This document shows, one piece after another, positions 1 to 10,387 of a stretch of DNA of 64,000 nucleotides. The translations under genes were made by a program, and so were the position numbers. Source of the DNA: an uncultured Gemmatimonadales bacterium (GTDB taxonomy: Bacteria > Gemmatimonadota > Gemmatimonadetes > Gemmatimonadales > GWC2-71-9). The notes under the pieces were generated by a model. It was given only the letters and a program-made list of their open reading frames with translations, made no database searches and was not told the DNA's origin. Position 1 is the stretch's first letter; each line of letters starts with the position of its first letter. Location: NCBI GenBank assembly GCA_963842945.1, contig CAWJIM010000016.1, positions 96,001 through 160,000 on the forward strand. Reading direction: 5' to 3'.

Positions 1-853
1 ACTCCTTCGAGCATCTCGTGCACCAACGTCCGCTCCGACGCACGCTCATACTCCTCGCGTACTGCCAGCGTAGTGTCGTGTACGGCCGACAGCGTCAGGT
101 TTTTAGGGTTGAGCCGGGCGGTGCCGATCAGCCGCTCGGCGAGATAGGTATGAAGAAACGGCTTCACCGCTCCGGCTTCGGGGCCGGGTCCGGCCAGCAC
201 GATGCCGTGGGCCGGCTGGCGGCGATCGATGGTAAACAACTTGCGGGCGATGGCCTCGTAATGCCGCTGTTTCTCCTGGCGGATCCGGTTGTGGTAAGTG
301 TGCTCACCCCAACCGCCGGAGCCGTCCTGATCGCCGTGAAACCGCTTGCCGCGGGTGCTATTGGACCGGAGTCCCGGCAGCTCCTGCGTATTGTAGGCCG
401 TGACCTCGAAGAAGCGCGCACTCGCCCGGTCCACCACTACCGTCAGCAGCCGGCCGAACTCGTCCTCGACGGAGGCCAGCTCGCGGACCAACGGACTCCC
501 GTCGATGGCAAGGCGAGACCGGTGAACCACGGGTAAAGGCACCGCCTCAAACAGCTCGATTCCTTCGCAGGCGAACACCGCAACCCCTTGAGTTGACGGG
601 AGATTCCCCTGCGTCCTGAGAAACTGCTGGATTCGGTCCAAGTCGCGCAGTACCGGTTCAGATATGTCGCGCTCCAAGCCCAGTCGGGGCAGCCCCAGCA
701 CCGCAGCCTTGACCCGGTTCTTCAGCTTGATCAGGTACTTTCCGCGGCTCCGGTCCCTCGGCTCCAGCTTCAGATAACAGCTGACGACCCGGTGGTGATC
801 GGGCTGAATCCTGGTGAGTCGCTCCAACAGTTGACCCGGACCCCGTCCGTCAT
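1..853 (-). CDS. aeRF1-like bacterial release-factor/hibernation-factor family protein (baeRF), truncated by window start
   Basis: Not in the ORF track because it runs off the edge. Manual translation: ..LLERLTRIQPDHHRVVSCYLKLEPRDRSRGKYLIKLKNRVK..QGVAVFACEGIELFEAVPLPVVHRSRLAIDGSPLVRELASVEDEFGRLLTVVVDRASARFFEV..GGWGEHTYHNRIRQEKQRHYEAIA..GIVLAGPG.. Start uncertain: the ATG at 853 needs a frameshift. Confidence 0.75.
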
Positions 854-907
854 ACTCCAGCCGGGCCCCGTTTCCTCTGGAGAATTGATCGGTTCCGACC
901 TTTTCAC

Positions 908-939
908 GCCCTTCCCGTCTTTCCCGTCTTTCCCGTCCT

Positions 940-940
<1 letters not shown>
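908..940. repeat. 9-bp tandem repeat (TTCCCGTCT)x~3, intergenic
   Basis: cttcccgtctttcccgtctttcccgtcctt immediately after the mutase stop codon. Confidence 0.8.
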
Positions 941-2648
<1,708 letters not shown>

Positions 2649-2652
<4 letters not shown>

Positions 2653-3728
2653 ATCTTCTCTCCTTGCTTCAGCTCCTCGAGCACGTCCTGGGCCAGCTCA
2701 TAGGGACTCACCTGCCCTTGCGCCACCTCGTCCAACCTCTCATTGATCAGCTGCTCCGCCCGGGTCTCCTCCCACACCCACTTCCGGGTGGCCCGGTCCA
2801 CCACTTCGCGGGTCCGCTCCAGCAATCTGCGCCGCCGCCGTTGCTCCAGCGCGCCGCTCTGCTCCAACCACTGATGATGCCGGTCCAGCGCGCCGATCAG
2901 ATCAGGCAGCCTTCATCCTTCACTGCGCTGGTCAGTATCACTGGCTGGGCCCAGGGTGCGGGAGAGTCGGGGACGTTCGGCCGCTGGCCACGATACCGGT
3001 CCGCATGACCCGACTGCCCCGCCGGCCCGCCTGCCCCCTGACCTCCGCCGCCCATGATGTGCCGGCACGTTCCGAAAGGCATTGCCCCGCCGGATCCCGA
3101 GGGTGACCTCGATTTCCTGTCGCAGCTTATCCGCCCCACTTCGATCTGCCTTATTCACCACGAAAATGTCCGCGATCTCCATCACACCGGACTTGAGTGT
3201 CTGGATGCCGTCGCCCGACTCCGGCACCAATACCAGCACGGTAGAGTCGGCCATCCGTCCCACGTCCAGCTCCGACTGACCCACGCCCACGGTCTCCACC
3301 AAAATGCGGTCGAACCCGGCCGCATCGAGCAGGTCGCAGACCTCGCGCGTGGTGGTTGCGAGCCCCCCGAGCGAGCCACGGCTAGCCATCGAGCGGATGT
3401 AGACCCCCTGATCGAGCGCGATGGATTCCATGCGAATCCGGTCACCCAGGAGGGCGCCACCGGTGAACGGACTGGTCGGATCGACCGCTACGACGGCCAC
3501 CTTGAGCCCGGCCGAGCGATACTGCGCCACCAGGCGTTCGACCAGCGTAGATTTGCCGGCGCCGGGGGGACCGGTGACCCCGATGCGACGAGCCCGGCCG
3601 AGCGATCGGTGAACTTCACCGAGGAGACGCTCGAAGCCGGGCCTTGTGTTCTCGACCACCGAGATCGCCCGAGCCAGTGCGGCAGTCTTGCCCGCCACCA
3701 GCTCGGCGATAAGAAGGTCGAGATCCAT
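2649..3728 (-). CDS. meaB: MeaB/ArgK G-protein chaperone of acyl-CoA mutase (frameshifted near 2900-3040)
   Basis: [46 protein letters not shown]. The C-terminus continues in ORFs 2897..3139 and 2649..2867. Confidence 0.92.
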
Positions 3729-3822
3729 GCTGAAAGGTCGCCACAGGCACGGGGTCAGGCAAGTTGTCGGAATGCTGCAAGATTTTACAGCGGAGGCTCT
3801 GCGGCGGAGTAAATTCGACAGC

Positions 3823-4566
3823 ATGACTGGGAGCTTGCCGCAGAAAGTGGAGACGAGCACAGTGCTCGGGGAGCAGCTCGACTACTATCGGGCACGCGCG
3901 GCTGAGTACGACCAGTGGTGGCTCAGGCAAGGGCGATACGACCGTGGCCCTGCCCTGACGGCGCAGTGGTTTGCCGAAGCTCCGGAGGTGCAGGCGGCGC
4001 TGGTCGCCTTTCGGCCCGCAGGGCGCATCCTGGAGCTGGCCTGTGGCACCGGCATCTGGACCGAGCAGCTGCTGCCCTTTGCCACTGAGCTGACCGCCGT
4101 TGACGGATCCCGGGAGATGCTGGCGATCAATGCCGTGCGACTCGGCTCACCCATGGTGCGATACGTCGAGGCCGATCTGTTCCGCTGGCGCCCGGCGGCG
4201 AAGGAGCGCTACGATACCATCTTCTTCGGGTTCTGGCTCTCCCACGTGCCTCCGGAGCGGTTCGCCCAGTTCTGGACTCTCGTCGCTTCCTGCCTGGCCC
4301 CCGGAGGTCGAGTCTTCTTCGTGGACTCTCGCTACCACGAGACCTCAACAGCGGTGGACCACATCCTGCCCGATCGCTCCGCAACTGTGCTGCAGCGGCG
4401 GCTCAACGACGGACGGGAATTCCGGGTCTATAAGGTTTTCTACGAGCGAGACGAGCTCACCCGGCACCTTATGGAATTGGGGTGGACCTTCGAGATCGAG
4501 GAGACCACGAACTATTTCATGTACGGCGCGGGATGCCGTATGAGCCGGGAATCTGGGAATGGCTGA
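3823..4566 (+). CDS. class I SAM-dependent methyltransferase
   Basis: YYRARAAEYD, ILELACGTGIWT, VDGS, EADLF, FWLSHVP motifs. Confidence 0.88.
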   Translation: MTGSLPQKVETSTVLGEQLDYYRARAAEYDQWWLRQGRYDRGPALTAQWFAEAPEVQAALVAFRPAGRILELACGTGIWTEQLLPFATELTAVDGSREMLAINAVRLGSPMVRYVEADLFRWRPAAKERYDTIFFGFWLSHVPPERFAQFWTLVASCLAPGGRVFFVDSRYHETSTAVDHILPDRSATVLQRRLNDGREFRVYKVFYERDELTRHLMELGWTFEIEETTNYFMYGAGCRMSRESGNG

Positions 4567-4922
4567 ACCGCTGCCCGACCCAAGAGTCTATTTCGCGGCG
4601 GAGCGCACCATGCTGGCCTGGCTCCGCACCGGGATCGGCATCATGGCCTTCGGCTTCGTCGTGGCGCGGTTCGGGTTGTTCCTCCGGCTGCTCCGAGAGT
4701 ACGGGCGGAACCGCGACGCACGGGATCTCGCCCTATCTGGGCGCCGCCCTGGTAGGAATCGGCGTGGTTACTACCGCTGCCGGCGCCATCCAGTATCGCC
4801 GCTTCTGTCGCACCCTGCCTCCCGACGCCACACCGAGTACGGCCAACCCCGCCTTTCTCCTGAGCGTGAGTTGGGGTCTGGTGCTGATCGGCGTGGTGTT
4901 GGGCCTGGTGTTGATTCTGTGA
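4559..4922 (+). CDS. YidH/DUF202 inner membrane protein (frameshift ~4715)
   Basis: DPRVYFAAERTMLAWLRTGIGIMAFGFVVARFGLFL, continuing in another frame as PYLGAALVGIGV..SWGLVLIGVVLGLVLIL. Confidence 0.85.
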
Positions 4923-5060
4923 GTGTCAGCACCGGTTTCCGCGATTTTGTTCTGGGGCAGCTCGGCCGGGTGGCCGGCGGCATTCGGGGACGCAGCATGT
5001 TCGGCGGGGTGGGGATCTACAGCGGCGATCGGTTCCCCCTCGCCGTTGATCCAACCAGCC
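4919..5060 (+). pseudogene. TfoX/Sxy N-terminal domain remnant
   Basis: VSVSTGFRDFVLGQLGRVAGGIRGRSMFGGVGIYSGDRF resembles the TfoX_N start (R.MFGG.G.Y). Similarity is lost after ~40 aa. Confidence 0.6.
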
Positions 5061-5071
5061 TCGGAGTCTGC

Positions 5072-6139
5072 ATGCGTGTCATGATTGCCCTCCTGCTCGG
5101 GCTCACACTCCCAGGTCCGACCACCGCCCAGGTGGCCGAGCAGCCTGATACAAGCATTGATGCTGCGACTCGCAATCGGGTTATCGAAGGGGTCTTGCAA
5201 CGGCTCAATGAAGGGTACGTATTCCCCGACAAGGCGGCAGAGATGGCGCGGGCAATACGGGCACAGGTGAAGCGCGGCGCCTACAATCATCTAGCCAGCG
5301 CTCGGGGCTTCGCCGATACGCTCACCCGAGACCTTCGGGCGGTGAGCCATGACCTGCATCTCGAGGTCGTCTACCAGCGCGAAGTGCGCGACGAGGTGCC
5401 CGACGCGGAGCCCTCGCCCGCGGAACGGCGGGAGCGCGCCGCTTTTGGCCGGCGAGTCAACTTCGGCCTGGAGCGGGTCGAACGGATGAGCGGCAACGTT
5501 GGCTATCTGGAGATTCGCAGCTTCAATTTTGACGCGGCGGACGTCGACTCGACCCTCACCGCCGCAATGAACTTCCTGGCTCACACCGATGCACTGATCG
5601 TGGACGTCCGCCGCAATGGCGGCGGTGAGCCGGCCATGGTGGCCGCGGTCTGCAGTTATCTCATGCCAGCCAATACGCTGATCAACAAGTTTTACTGGCG
5701 ACCGCAGCGCCGCTGGGATGAGTTTCGGACCGGTCCAGTCCGCGGACGACACTATGGGCTGACACGTCCCCTGTACGTGCTCACCAGCGACCAGACCTTC
5801 TCCGGCGCCGAGGAATTTGCCTACGATGTGCAGACCCAGAAGCGCGGCGAGGTGGTGGGTGACACCACGGGTGGAGGGGCTCACCCGGGCGGGCTCCGGC
5901 GCGTCACCGATCATTTCGGGGTCTGGATTCCTTCCGGACGAGCCGTGAATCCCGTCACCGGCACCAACTGGGAGGGAACTGGCGTTCGCCCGGACGTCCC
6001 GGTGCCGGCCGAGGCAGCACTTCGGACCGCGCATCTCCGCGCGCTGGAGCGCCTCATGCGGAGCGAATCGGATGAGGACCGAAAAGCGGCACTGCAGCAG
6101 ATCAGCGACCAGGTACGGGACTCGTCCCGCGTGCCGTAA
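5072..6139 (+). CDS. secreted S41 family peptidase (IRBP-like)
   Basis: Signal peptide, GNVGYLEI, LIVDVRRNGGG, TFSGAEEFAY, GDTTGGGAHP, NWEGTGVRPD. Confidence 0.9.
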   Translation: MRVMIALLLGLTLPGPTTAQVAEQPDTSIDAATRNRVIEGVLQRLNEGYVFPDKAAEMARAIRAQVKRGAYNHLASARGFADTLTRDLRAVSHDLHLEVVYQREVRDEVPDAEPSPAERRERAAFGRRVNFGLERVERMSGNVGYLEIRSFNFDAADVDSTLTAAMNFLAHTDALIVDVRRNGGGEPAMVAAVCSYLMPANTLINKFYWRPQRRWDEFRTGPVRGRHYGLTRPLYVLTSDQTFSGAEEFAYDVQTQKRGEVVGDTTGGGAHPGGLRRVTDHFGVWIPSGRAVNPVTGTNWEGTGVRPDVPVPAEAALRTAHLRALERLMRSESDEDRKAALQQISDQVRDSSRVP

Positions 6140-6179
6140 GTCAAACTTGTGCTCGAGCCGCCGTCGATTACCCTGAGGC

Positions 6180-7469
6180 ATGGCTCAACCTACGCGAATC
6201 CTCGTGCTTGGCGGCGGGTTCGGAGGAGTGGCCACCGTCCGCCGTCTCGAGCGGCTCTGCCGGGGCCGGGTCCCGGTGGACATCACGCTGGTAAGCCGGA
6301 ACAACTTCTTCGTGCTCACCCCGCTTCTGTTCGAGGCGTGTTCGGGCCGGCTGGAGCTACGGCACTGCGCCCAGCCCATCCGGCCCGCCTTGAAACGCGC
6401 CCGATTCCTGGAGGCGAGGGTGGAGGGAGTGGATGTCGAGCGGCGGCAGGTCCGGGCAGTGGCCGGCGACGGGACCGTCTACGATTTGCCCTACGATCAC
6501 CTTGTCGTCGCACTTGGCGCCGATACCAATGAGGCACTGATACCGGGCTCCGCCACCTCGCTCACCTTCAAGACCATGTCCGATGCTCTTCTGCTGCGGA
6601 ATCACCTAATCGAACAGCTCGAGCGCGCCGACGCCACCGCAGATGCAGCGAACCGGCGCCGGTGTCTCACCGTGATCATCATCGGAGGCGGTCTGGTGGG
6701 CATGGAGCTCCTGGGCGAGCTCACCGCCTTTGCCGACGACGTGCTACGCTACTATCCCCGGATTTCCCGAAACGAGCTTCGGTTTCATCTCTTCGAGGCA
6801 GGTCCGCGCACCTTGCCGGAGATCGATCACAAGCTCGCGCAGGTGGCCTCACGGGTGCTGATCAAGCGTGGCGCCGACATTCGCGTGTCCGCCCCGGTGC
6901 GCTCGATCGAGCCGGGACGAGTCCACCTTCCCGACCAGACATTCGAGGCCGCGACGGTTGTGGTCGCCACCGGTATCGTGCCCAGTGCCGCGACTTCGGC
7001 GATCCCGGTGGAGCACGATCAACGAGGAAGAATCGTGGTCGACGCCGAGATGCGGAGCCGCAGTCACCCGCAGGTATGGGCACTGGGTGACTGCGCTGCA
7101 ATCCCCGATCCACAGGGCCGGCCTTATCCGGCACTGGCGCAGCACGCCATTCGGGAGGCTCGACGCCTGGCGGAGAACGTGGCTGCGGTGCTCCAGGGCA
7201 AGAATCCGAAGCCGTTCGTCTTTCGATCGTTGGGGACGATGGCGTCGCTGGGGCATTCCCGGGCGGTGGCCCAGGTGTTTGGGATGCGGTTGAAGGGGTT
7301 TCCGGCCTGGTGGCTCCGGCGAACGTACTATCTGATGCAGATGCCGCGCTGGGATCGCCGGCTTCGCATCGTGCTCGACTGGACCGTCGCACTCTTCTTC
7401 CGACCCGACATCACCAAGGTGGACATCACCAGCGAGCGGCCACTGCCTCAACTCTCCCGGGAGACCTGA
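6180..7469 (+). CDS. ndh: type II NADH dehydrogenase-family FAD oxidoreductase
   Basis: LVLGGGFGG, YDHLVVALG, IIGGGLVGMELLGEL, WALGDCA, LAQHA, GTMASLG. Confidence 0.85.
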   Translation: MAQPTRILVLGGGFGGVATVRRLERLCRGRVPVDITLVSRNNFFVLTPLLFEACSGRLELRHCAQPIRPALKRARFLEARVEGVDVERRQVRAVAGDGTVYDLPYDHLVVALGADTNEALIPGSATSLTFKTMSDALLLRNHLIEQLERADATADAANRRRCLTVIIIGGGLVGMELLGELTAFADDVLRYYPRISRNELRFHLFEAGPRTLPEIDHKLAQVASRVLIKRGADIRVSAPVRSIEPGRVHLPDQTFEAATVVVATGIVPSAATSAIPVEHDQRGRIVVDAEMRSRSHPQVWALGDCAAIPDPQGRPYPALAQHAIREARRLAENVAAVLQGKNPKPFVFRSLGTMASLGHSRAVAQVFGMRLKGFPAWWLRRTYYLMQMPRWDRRLRIVLDWTVALFFRPDITKVDITSERPLPQLSRET

Positions 7470-7470
7470 C

Positions 7471-8112
7471 GTGTCCAAGCTGCGCCTTCGCATTTCCCTA
7501 TCGCTGGACGGCTACGTCGCCGGCCCCCACCAGAGCGTTGACGAACCGCTGGGCCAAGGCGGGGAGGAGCTCCACCAGTGGATCTTTCCGCTGGCTGCCT
7601 GGCGAAAGCCGCATGGTCTGGAGGGCGGGAAGACCGACGAGAGCACGCCGGTGGTGGAGGAGGAGCTGAGCAACATCGGGGCGACCATCATGGGCCGAAA
7701 CATGTTCGGCGGCCACCCCGGCCCCTGGAACCCGGCTGAGCCATGGAACGGCTGGTGGGGAACCAAACCGCCGTTCCATCATCCGGTGTTCGTGCTGACC
7801 CACCACACCCGGGCTCCCCTCACTCTGGAGGGTGGGACCGTGTTCACCTTCGTCACCGAGGGCATCGAGCAGGCCTATGACCTGGCCCGGCGCGCCGCCA
7901 AGGGGAAGGACGTGGCTCTGGCGGGAGGGGCCAACATCGCCCAGCAGTATCTCAATGCCGGCCTGGTGGACGAGATGCAGCTGCACATCGCGCCCATCTT
8001 GCTGGGCTCCGGAGAGCGGCTGTTCGACGGGGTGCAGGATCTGCATGGCCTGACGCTGGTGAAGACGGTAGGCGCGCCGAACGTCACCCACCTCAAGTTC
8101 GTCCGAGCGTGA
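7471..8112 (+). CDS. dihydrofolate reductase/RibD C-terminal family protein
   Basis: SLSLDGYVAGP, IMGRNMF, VFVLTH, GGANIAQQYLNAGLVDEMQLHIAPILLGSGERLF. Confidence 0.9.
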   Translation: MSKLRLRISLSLDGYVAGPHQSVDEPLGQGGEELHQWIFPLAAWRKPHGLEGGKTDESTPVVEEELSNIGATIMGRNMFGGHPGPWNPAEPWNGWWGTKPPFHHPVFVLTHHTRAPLTLEGGTVFTFVTEGIEQAYDLARRAAKGKDVALAGGANIAQQYLNAGLVDEMQLHIAPILLGSGERLFDGVQDLHGLTLVKTVGAPNVTHLKFVRA

Positions 8113-8639
8113 AGGCCTCCGTTTTCATCGGCATCAGCCTCGACGGCTTCATCGCTCGAGCCGACGGTGGCCTGGATTGGCTCCCGGCGGATGGCGGCGA
8201 GGAACACGGCTACGAAACCTTCATAGCGACGGTGGACGCGCTGGTCATCGGCCGGAAAACGTATGAAACGGTCCTCGCCTTCGATGCCTGGCCCTACGGC
8301 GAGAAGCCGGTCTACGTGCTGAGCAGTGGATCCCTGGAGCCTCCGCCTTCTGGCGCCAGAATGGAACAGCTCTCGGGCGACCCCCAAAGCATCGTTCGCC
8401 AGCTTGAACAACGCGGCGTCGGCCATATTTACGTGGATGGGGGGATCACCATTCAAGGTTTTCTCCGGGCCGGCCTGATTCAGCGGCTGATCATAACCCG
8501 GGTCCCTGTGCTGTTGGGGGAGGGCATTCCACTCTTTGGACCGCTGCCGCACGATGTTCGGTTGGAGCACGTCGCCACTCGGCAATACCGAACCGGCCTG
8601 GTACAAAGTGAATACCTAGTCTTGCCGTCCCCGCGCTAA
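8109..8639 (+). CDS. dihydrofolate reductase/RibD C-terminal family protein
   Basis: GISLDGFIARADGGLDWL, IGRKTYE, YVDGG, PVLLGEGIPLF. Confidence 0.9.
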   Translation: MKASVFIGISLDGFIARADGGLDWLPADGGEEHGYETFIATVDALVIGRKTYETVLAFDAWPYGEKPVYVLSSGSLEPPPSGARMEQLSGDPQSIVRQLEQRGVGHIYVDGGITIQGFLRAGLIQRLIITRVPVLLGEGIPLFGPLPHDVRLEHVATRQYRTGLVQSEYLVLPSPR

Positions 8640-8650
8640 ATTCACACTAT
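8622..8650 (+). promoter_or_regulatory. candidate sigma70 promoter TTGCCG-N17-CACTAT
   Basis: Hexamers at 8622-8627 and 8645-8650 with 17-bp spacing, directly ahead of the structured leader. Confidence 0.45.
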
Positions 8651-8656
8651 AGACCT

Positions 8657-8800
8657 CGGCGGATGATCCGCGCCCAACCTCGCCGGCCCGGCCCCAGCCC
8701 GGGCCCTCGTGAGGCAAAGGGGGGCACACTCCCGGATCCGTTCTGATCGAGCCTTTGGCGAGCCACTGGCGTCGCCGCTGGGGGGCAGCGCCCGTGGCCT
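8657..8800 (+). ncRNA. candidate structured RNA leader (unnamed multi-stem motif)
   Basis: Nested helices read by eye: CGGCG 8657-61/CGCCG 8773-77; CTCGCC 8679-84/GGCGAG 8757-62; GGCCCGG 8685-91/CCGGGCC 8699-705; AAAGG 8716-20/CCTTT 8752-56; loop CCCCAGC complementary to GCTGGGG 8777-83. Confidence 0.55.
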
Positions 8801-8817
8801 GACCAGAGGACCACGCC

Positions 8818-9492
8818 GTGCCTACCGATAAAGACTTCAAGCGCCTGGTTCGCGGGCGCATGCGGAAAACGGGCGAATCCTACACCGCGGCCCGCGCTCA
8901 ACTCCGGAAACAAAAGCCAGTCAGTTCAGCGGCACCGCGGCCGGCACAGTATGCGGCCATCGCGGGCAAGAGCGACGCACTCATCAAGGAGAGAACCGGG
9001 TGCACCTGGGAGCGCTGGGTCAAGGCGCTCGACCGGGCCAAGGCGCACAGCTGGCCGCACCGGGATATCGCCAGGTATGTCATGGAGAAGTACAAGATCC
9101 CCGGCTGGTGGGCCCAGACGGTGACGGTGGGCTACGAGCGGATCAAAGGGTTACGCGCCGTGGGCCAGCGCCGGGACGGCACTTTCGAGGCTAATAAGAG
9201 CAAGACATTCCCGGTACCGTTGAATCGGTTGTATCAGGCGTTCGCGGATCAGCGCACCCGGGCCCGCTGGCTTTCCGGGATTGACCTGACGGTCCGCACC
9301 GCCACTCGGGACAAGTCGATGCGGATCACCTGGCCGGACCGGACGTCGCTCGAGGTCGGTTTCATGAGCAAGGGAGCAAAGAAGAGCCAGGTCGCGCTGC
9401 AACACGGGAAGCTGGCGGACCGAGAGGCGGCAGCGCGGATGAAGGAGTACTGGGCGGAGCGGCTTGCTGTGCTGGAGCAAGTCATCGGCTGA
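8818..9492 (+). CDS. hypothetical protein: basic N-terminal 'KRLVRGRMRKTGESYTAAR' module + DUF4287-like region + SRPBCC/AHSA1-like C-terminus
   Basis: 224 aa. ERTGCTWERWVKALD..PHRDIARYV..GWWAQTVTVGYE, then FEANKSKTFPVPLNRLYQAF..KSQVALQHGKL..MKEYWAERL. SD-like AGAGGA upstream. Confidence 0.7.
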   Translation: MPTDKDFKRLVRGRMRKTGESYTAARAQLRKQKPVSSAAPRPAQYAAIAGKSDALIKERTGCTWERWVKALDRAKAHSWPHRDIARYVMEKYKIPGWWAQTVTVGYERIKGLRAVGQRRDGTFEANKSKTFPVPLNRLYQAFADQRTRARWLSGIDLTVRTATRDKSMRITWPDRTSLEVGFMSKGAKKSQVALQHGKLADREAAARMKEYWAERLAVLEQVIG

Positions 9493-9508
9493 CGAGGTTC
9501 AACACGTC

Positions 9509-9542
9509 GAGATGGGGGTGGGCCAATGGCCCACCCCATCTC
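9509..9542. terminator. strong hairpin between convergent genes (probable bidirectional terminator)
   Basis: GAGATGGGG(G)TGGGCC-AAT-GGCCCACCCCATCTC inverted repeat. No U-tract. Confidence 0.6.
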
Positions 9543-9550
9543 ATCTCCTG

Positions 9551-10300
9551 CTACTTCTGCTTAATCCACGCCGGCGTGTGATACGTCAGCGGGTCGTACA
9601 GATCCGGTTGAAGCTTCACGTCGGCCTGAATGTCCCGGTACTTCTCCCGCTGTAGCTCCTTCCCGTCGACCTTGATCACGCAGGTCGGCGCGATCCATCC
9701 CTTGCCCAACGGCTGGTAGTCCTCGAAGGTGATGTCGAGAATGGCAGGCTTCTCGGTGGGCTTCTTCGGGTTCTTGTGCTCCTCGAACAGCCGCACGAAG
9801 AGCAGCCGGTCCTGCTCGATCCAGAACTGATCGGTAGCCGTGTCGCCCTTCTCCGCCCCGACGACCCACACCTTGGTCCCTCTCCAGCTGTCCTCCCGGA
9901 TCTTGCTCAGGTCCACATGAGCGGCCTTGAGCTGAGCGATCGTGGTCTGCGGTGGCTGGCCGTACACATCGAAGCCGAGGGTCATGAGGAGGTTCCGGTC
10001 CTCTCTGGCTCCCACCCGCTTGCCTCCCTTGAACACAATGGCGGAGTCGCCCAGGTACATGAACGCGTTCATGCTGTCGAGTGGCGCGATGTCTATGCGA
10101 AGTTTCCCGGGAATTTCCCCCGCCTCATACCAGGTTTCCGCGGGCCTATCAGGAAAAGTGGTAGTCTGGATGAAAGTCAGGTTGTGGTACCACTTGCCGG
10201 CGTAGCGCTCATGCATCTGGCGGACCAGCTCCTCACCGGATTTGGGCGCGGGATGGTTGCCAAGCAACACGAGGGGGACCAGCAGGGCGAACAGTCGCAC
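9551..10300 (-). CDS. secreted hypothetical protein, LolA-like/lipoprotein-sorting fold likely
   Basis: Signal peptide VRLFALLVPLVLLG, MHERYAGKWYHNLTFIQTT, GKLRIDI, QFWIEQDRLLFVR, FEDYQPLGKGWIAP. Confidence 0.6.
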   Translation of the reverse strand: MRLFALLVPLVLLGNHPAPKSGEELVRQMHERYAGKWYHNLTFIQTTTFPDRPAETWYEAGEIPGKLRIDIAPLDSMNAFMYLGDSAIVFKGGKRVGAREDRNLLMTLGFDVYGQPPQTTIAQLKAAHVDLSKIREDSWRGTKVWVVGAEKGDTATDQFWIEQDRLLFVRLFEEHKNPKKPTEKPAILDITFEDYQPLGKGWIAPTCVIKVDGKELQREKYRDIQADVKLQPDLYDPLTYHTPAWIKQK

Positions 10301-10387
10301 GCAGCCTCCTAAGAGTTGTGTCGTTTCAAGGGCGAACAATGGCCCTACGCCGCCGGATAGTTGAGAGTTTCCGCGGGTTTGCCCACC

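Noticed and set aside
3729..3822. Cobalamin riboswitch upstream of meaB/mutase
   Set aside because: The region is under 100 bp, shared by divergent genes, and has no recognisable B12-box.
4559..6139. 526-aa YidH-TfoX-S41 fusion ORF
   Set aside because: Produced by a frameshift in YidH; the peptidase has its own ATG and signal peptide.
6140..6180. Rex box upstream of ndh
   Set aside because: Only TTGTG is present; there is no second half-site.
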